Positions 59,879-61,539 of a stretch of 61,539 nt of DNA are shown here, one piece after another. Positions within the stretch are counted from its first letter, which is position 1. Every line of letters starts with the position of its first letter. This DNA comes from a virus (Duplodnaviria > Caudoviricetes): positions 1 to 61,539 of IMG/VR virus record IMGVR_UViG_3300036851_000313. One strand, written 5' to 3'. A program made the translations under genes and the position numbers. Below the pieces are notes generated by a model. The model saw only the letters and a list, made by a program, of their open reading frames with translations. It was not told where the DNA came from and ran no database searches.

Positions 59879-60658
59879 GTGAACACCGTCACCGTCGGCA
59901 CCGCCGACCTCCGCCAGGCCCTCTCCTCGGTCGCCCCGCACGCCGACCCGGACCCCGACTTCCCGCCCCTGCACCGCATCCGACTCCAGGGCGACCAGGC
60001 CGGCATCAACCTGACCGTCACCGCCACCAACCGGTACACCGCCGGCCACGCCCTCGTCTCCGTCGAAGACGACAGCGCCGACGAGTACGCCGAGGAGCCG
60101 TTCCGCGTCGACATGTCCCCCACCAACGTCAAAGAGATCCTCACCCTGTTCAAAGGCAAGGCCGGCGCCGGCGACGAACCAGGCGACACCCTGCGCCTCG
60201 ACGTCGACGACAAGCACACCCGCGTCACCGACACCTCCGGGCTGTTCGAAGGCAAGGCGTTGACGCTGCCCCGCTGGCCCGACGAAACCAACTTCCCCGA
60301 CGTGCCCGGCCTCATCGCCCGCGCGCTCGCCCGCAACGACGACGGGCTGGCCGGCGTCACCATGACCATGACCGGCGACGGCGACCTGTTCCACGGCATG
60401 GCCGAAGCCCTCGCCCACAAGGGCCGCCTCGTCGCCGACGGCACCAAGGTCGCCCTGTTCGCCGCCGCCGCCAAAGCCTACGAACAGCCGCTGGTCATCG
60501 AACCCACCGGCGAAGGCAAGGCGCTCGTCATCTCCTGCGGCGAATCCTTCCTCGGCCTGCTCATGCCCATGCGCCAAGACGATGAGGGCGACGCCAGACA
60601 CGCCGCGTGGCGGGCCGCGTGGCTGCGCAGACTCCCAGAACTTGCCAGCACGCCATGA
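59879..60658 (+). CDS. DNA polymerase III beta-clamp-like protein
   Basis: LRQALSSV...ATNRY...FPDV...GLLMPMR motifs. Confidence 0.6.
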   Translation: MNTVTVGTADLRQALSSVAPHADPDPDFPPLHRIRLQGDQAGINLTVTATNRYTAGHALVSVEDDSADEYAEEPFRVDMSPTNVKEILTLFKGKAGAGDEPGDTLRLDVDDKHTRVTDTSGLFEGKALTLPRWPDETNFPDVPGLIARALARNDDGLAGVTMTMTGDGDLFHGMAEALAHKGRLVADGTKVALFAAAAKAYEQPLVIEPTGEGKALVISCGESFLGLLMPMRQDDEGDARHAAWRAAWLRRLPELASTP

Positions 60659-61530
60659 CCGAGAAGCCCACCTCCTACGTGCCCCGCTCGATGGGCGCAG
60701 AGTACGGCCACCACCTGGAAGGACCCGCCACGGCCGACCGGCTGCGCGACGACATCGCCACGGCGTTGTTCTATGAGCACGACGGCAAGCAGGTGTTCCG
60801 GTGGGCCGATGCGCGGGTGGAGATGGGCCAGGACTTTTACATCAGCGATGTCATCGACGCCGTCTACGCCGCCGTCCGGCCCCACATCGACAAACTGACT
60901 CAATCCCACACGCCGGATTTGGTCGACTGGCAGCTACGCATCACCAGGGCGCTGTGCCGAGACTGTGACTCCAGGGGCTTTCGGCTCAACGACGGGCTCC
61001 ATGGCGGCGGCCTGTGCGACCACGGCAGATGGTGGACCGAAGCAGGACGCATACTCGACGGCATCCGGCCCGAACTCGCACGATTGACGGCCGCCATCGA
61101 CGCGCTACGCGCCCGCGCCGAACAGGCCGAGGACCGGCTCGACGGGCAGGCGTGGGAAGACCTCACCGCCGAATGGGACGCGCTCCGCGGGCAGCTGGCC
61201 GACTCGGAAGACGCACTGGAGCGCGCCAAGACCGAGGCCCGCATAGCTATCGCCCAGCGGGACCGGTGGCGCGACGCGGCACGCGAGGCCGACCAGCACA
61301 TCCAGGCCGCGCGGGAGCTGTGCGACGAGGCTGTCGCCGAGCGCGGCGAGTACGAGCGGCTCGTACCGGGGGAATCGCCGCAGCCTGCACTCGTCAAGGC
61401 TGCGGACATCCACCGCGCCCTCGTCCAGCCCGAGAGGGCCGACGAGCCTGCTGCGCCCGTTGATCTGAGTAAGCCGCCGCCTGGTCCACCACAACCACCG
61501 TGGCCGCCCGAATGGAGGCCGAACGCATGA
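60655..61530 (+). CDS. Hypothetical coiled-coil protein
   Basis: ATGA-coupled ORF of 291 aa. Confidence 0.6.
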   Translation: MTEKPTSYVPRSMGAEYGHHLEGPATADRLRDDIATALFYEHDGKQVFRWADARVEMGQDFYISDVIDAVYAAVRPHIDKLTQSHTPDLVDWQLRITRALCRDCDSRGFRLNDGLHGGGLCDHGRWWTEAGRILDGIRPELARLTAAIDALRARAEQAEDRLDGQAWEDLTAEWDALRGQLADSEDALERAKTEARIAIAQRDRWRDAAREADQHIQAARELCDEAVAERGEYERLVPGESPQPALVKAADIHRALVQPERADEPAAPVDLSKPPPGPPQPPWPPEWRPNA

Positions 61531-61539
61531 GGGACCGGG
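61413..61539. repeat. Terminal direct repeat (circularisation overlap), copy 2
   Basis: Identical to 1-127. Confidence 0.97.

Overview
The window is a complete, circularly closed temperate actinophage genome with siphovirus-type architecture and high GC. It has about 61,412 unique bp; bases 1-127 are repeated exactly at 61413-61539. The gene order is: replication (prim-pol/DUF3987-like gene with a probable origin at its 3' end), small early/middle genes, an initiator tRNA-fMet, and a head module (terminase, portal, MuF-like, protease/scaffold, decoration, capsid). An ~8 kb fibre/adhesin cluster sits between the capsid and the head-tail adaptor. Tail genes follow, with a -1 frameshift chaperone and a tape measure carrying a transglycosylase domain, then a lysis region whose amidase is split into two ORFs. 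The right part holds a leftward accessory operon, a serine integrase, a repressor/cro switch and recombination/replication-accessory genes. The most striking feature lies beside the integrase: a module resembling the transfer region of actinomycete conjugative elements (AICEs/Streptomyces plasmids). It comprises an FtsK/TraB-like translocase, a DUF2637/SpdA-like protein, small membrane proteins and a divergent GntR/KorSA-like repressor plus a GNAT. It suggests a phage that may also move by conjugation. All family assignments come from motif recognition by eye, not from database searches.
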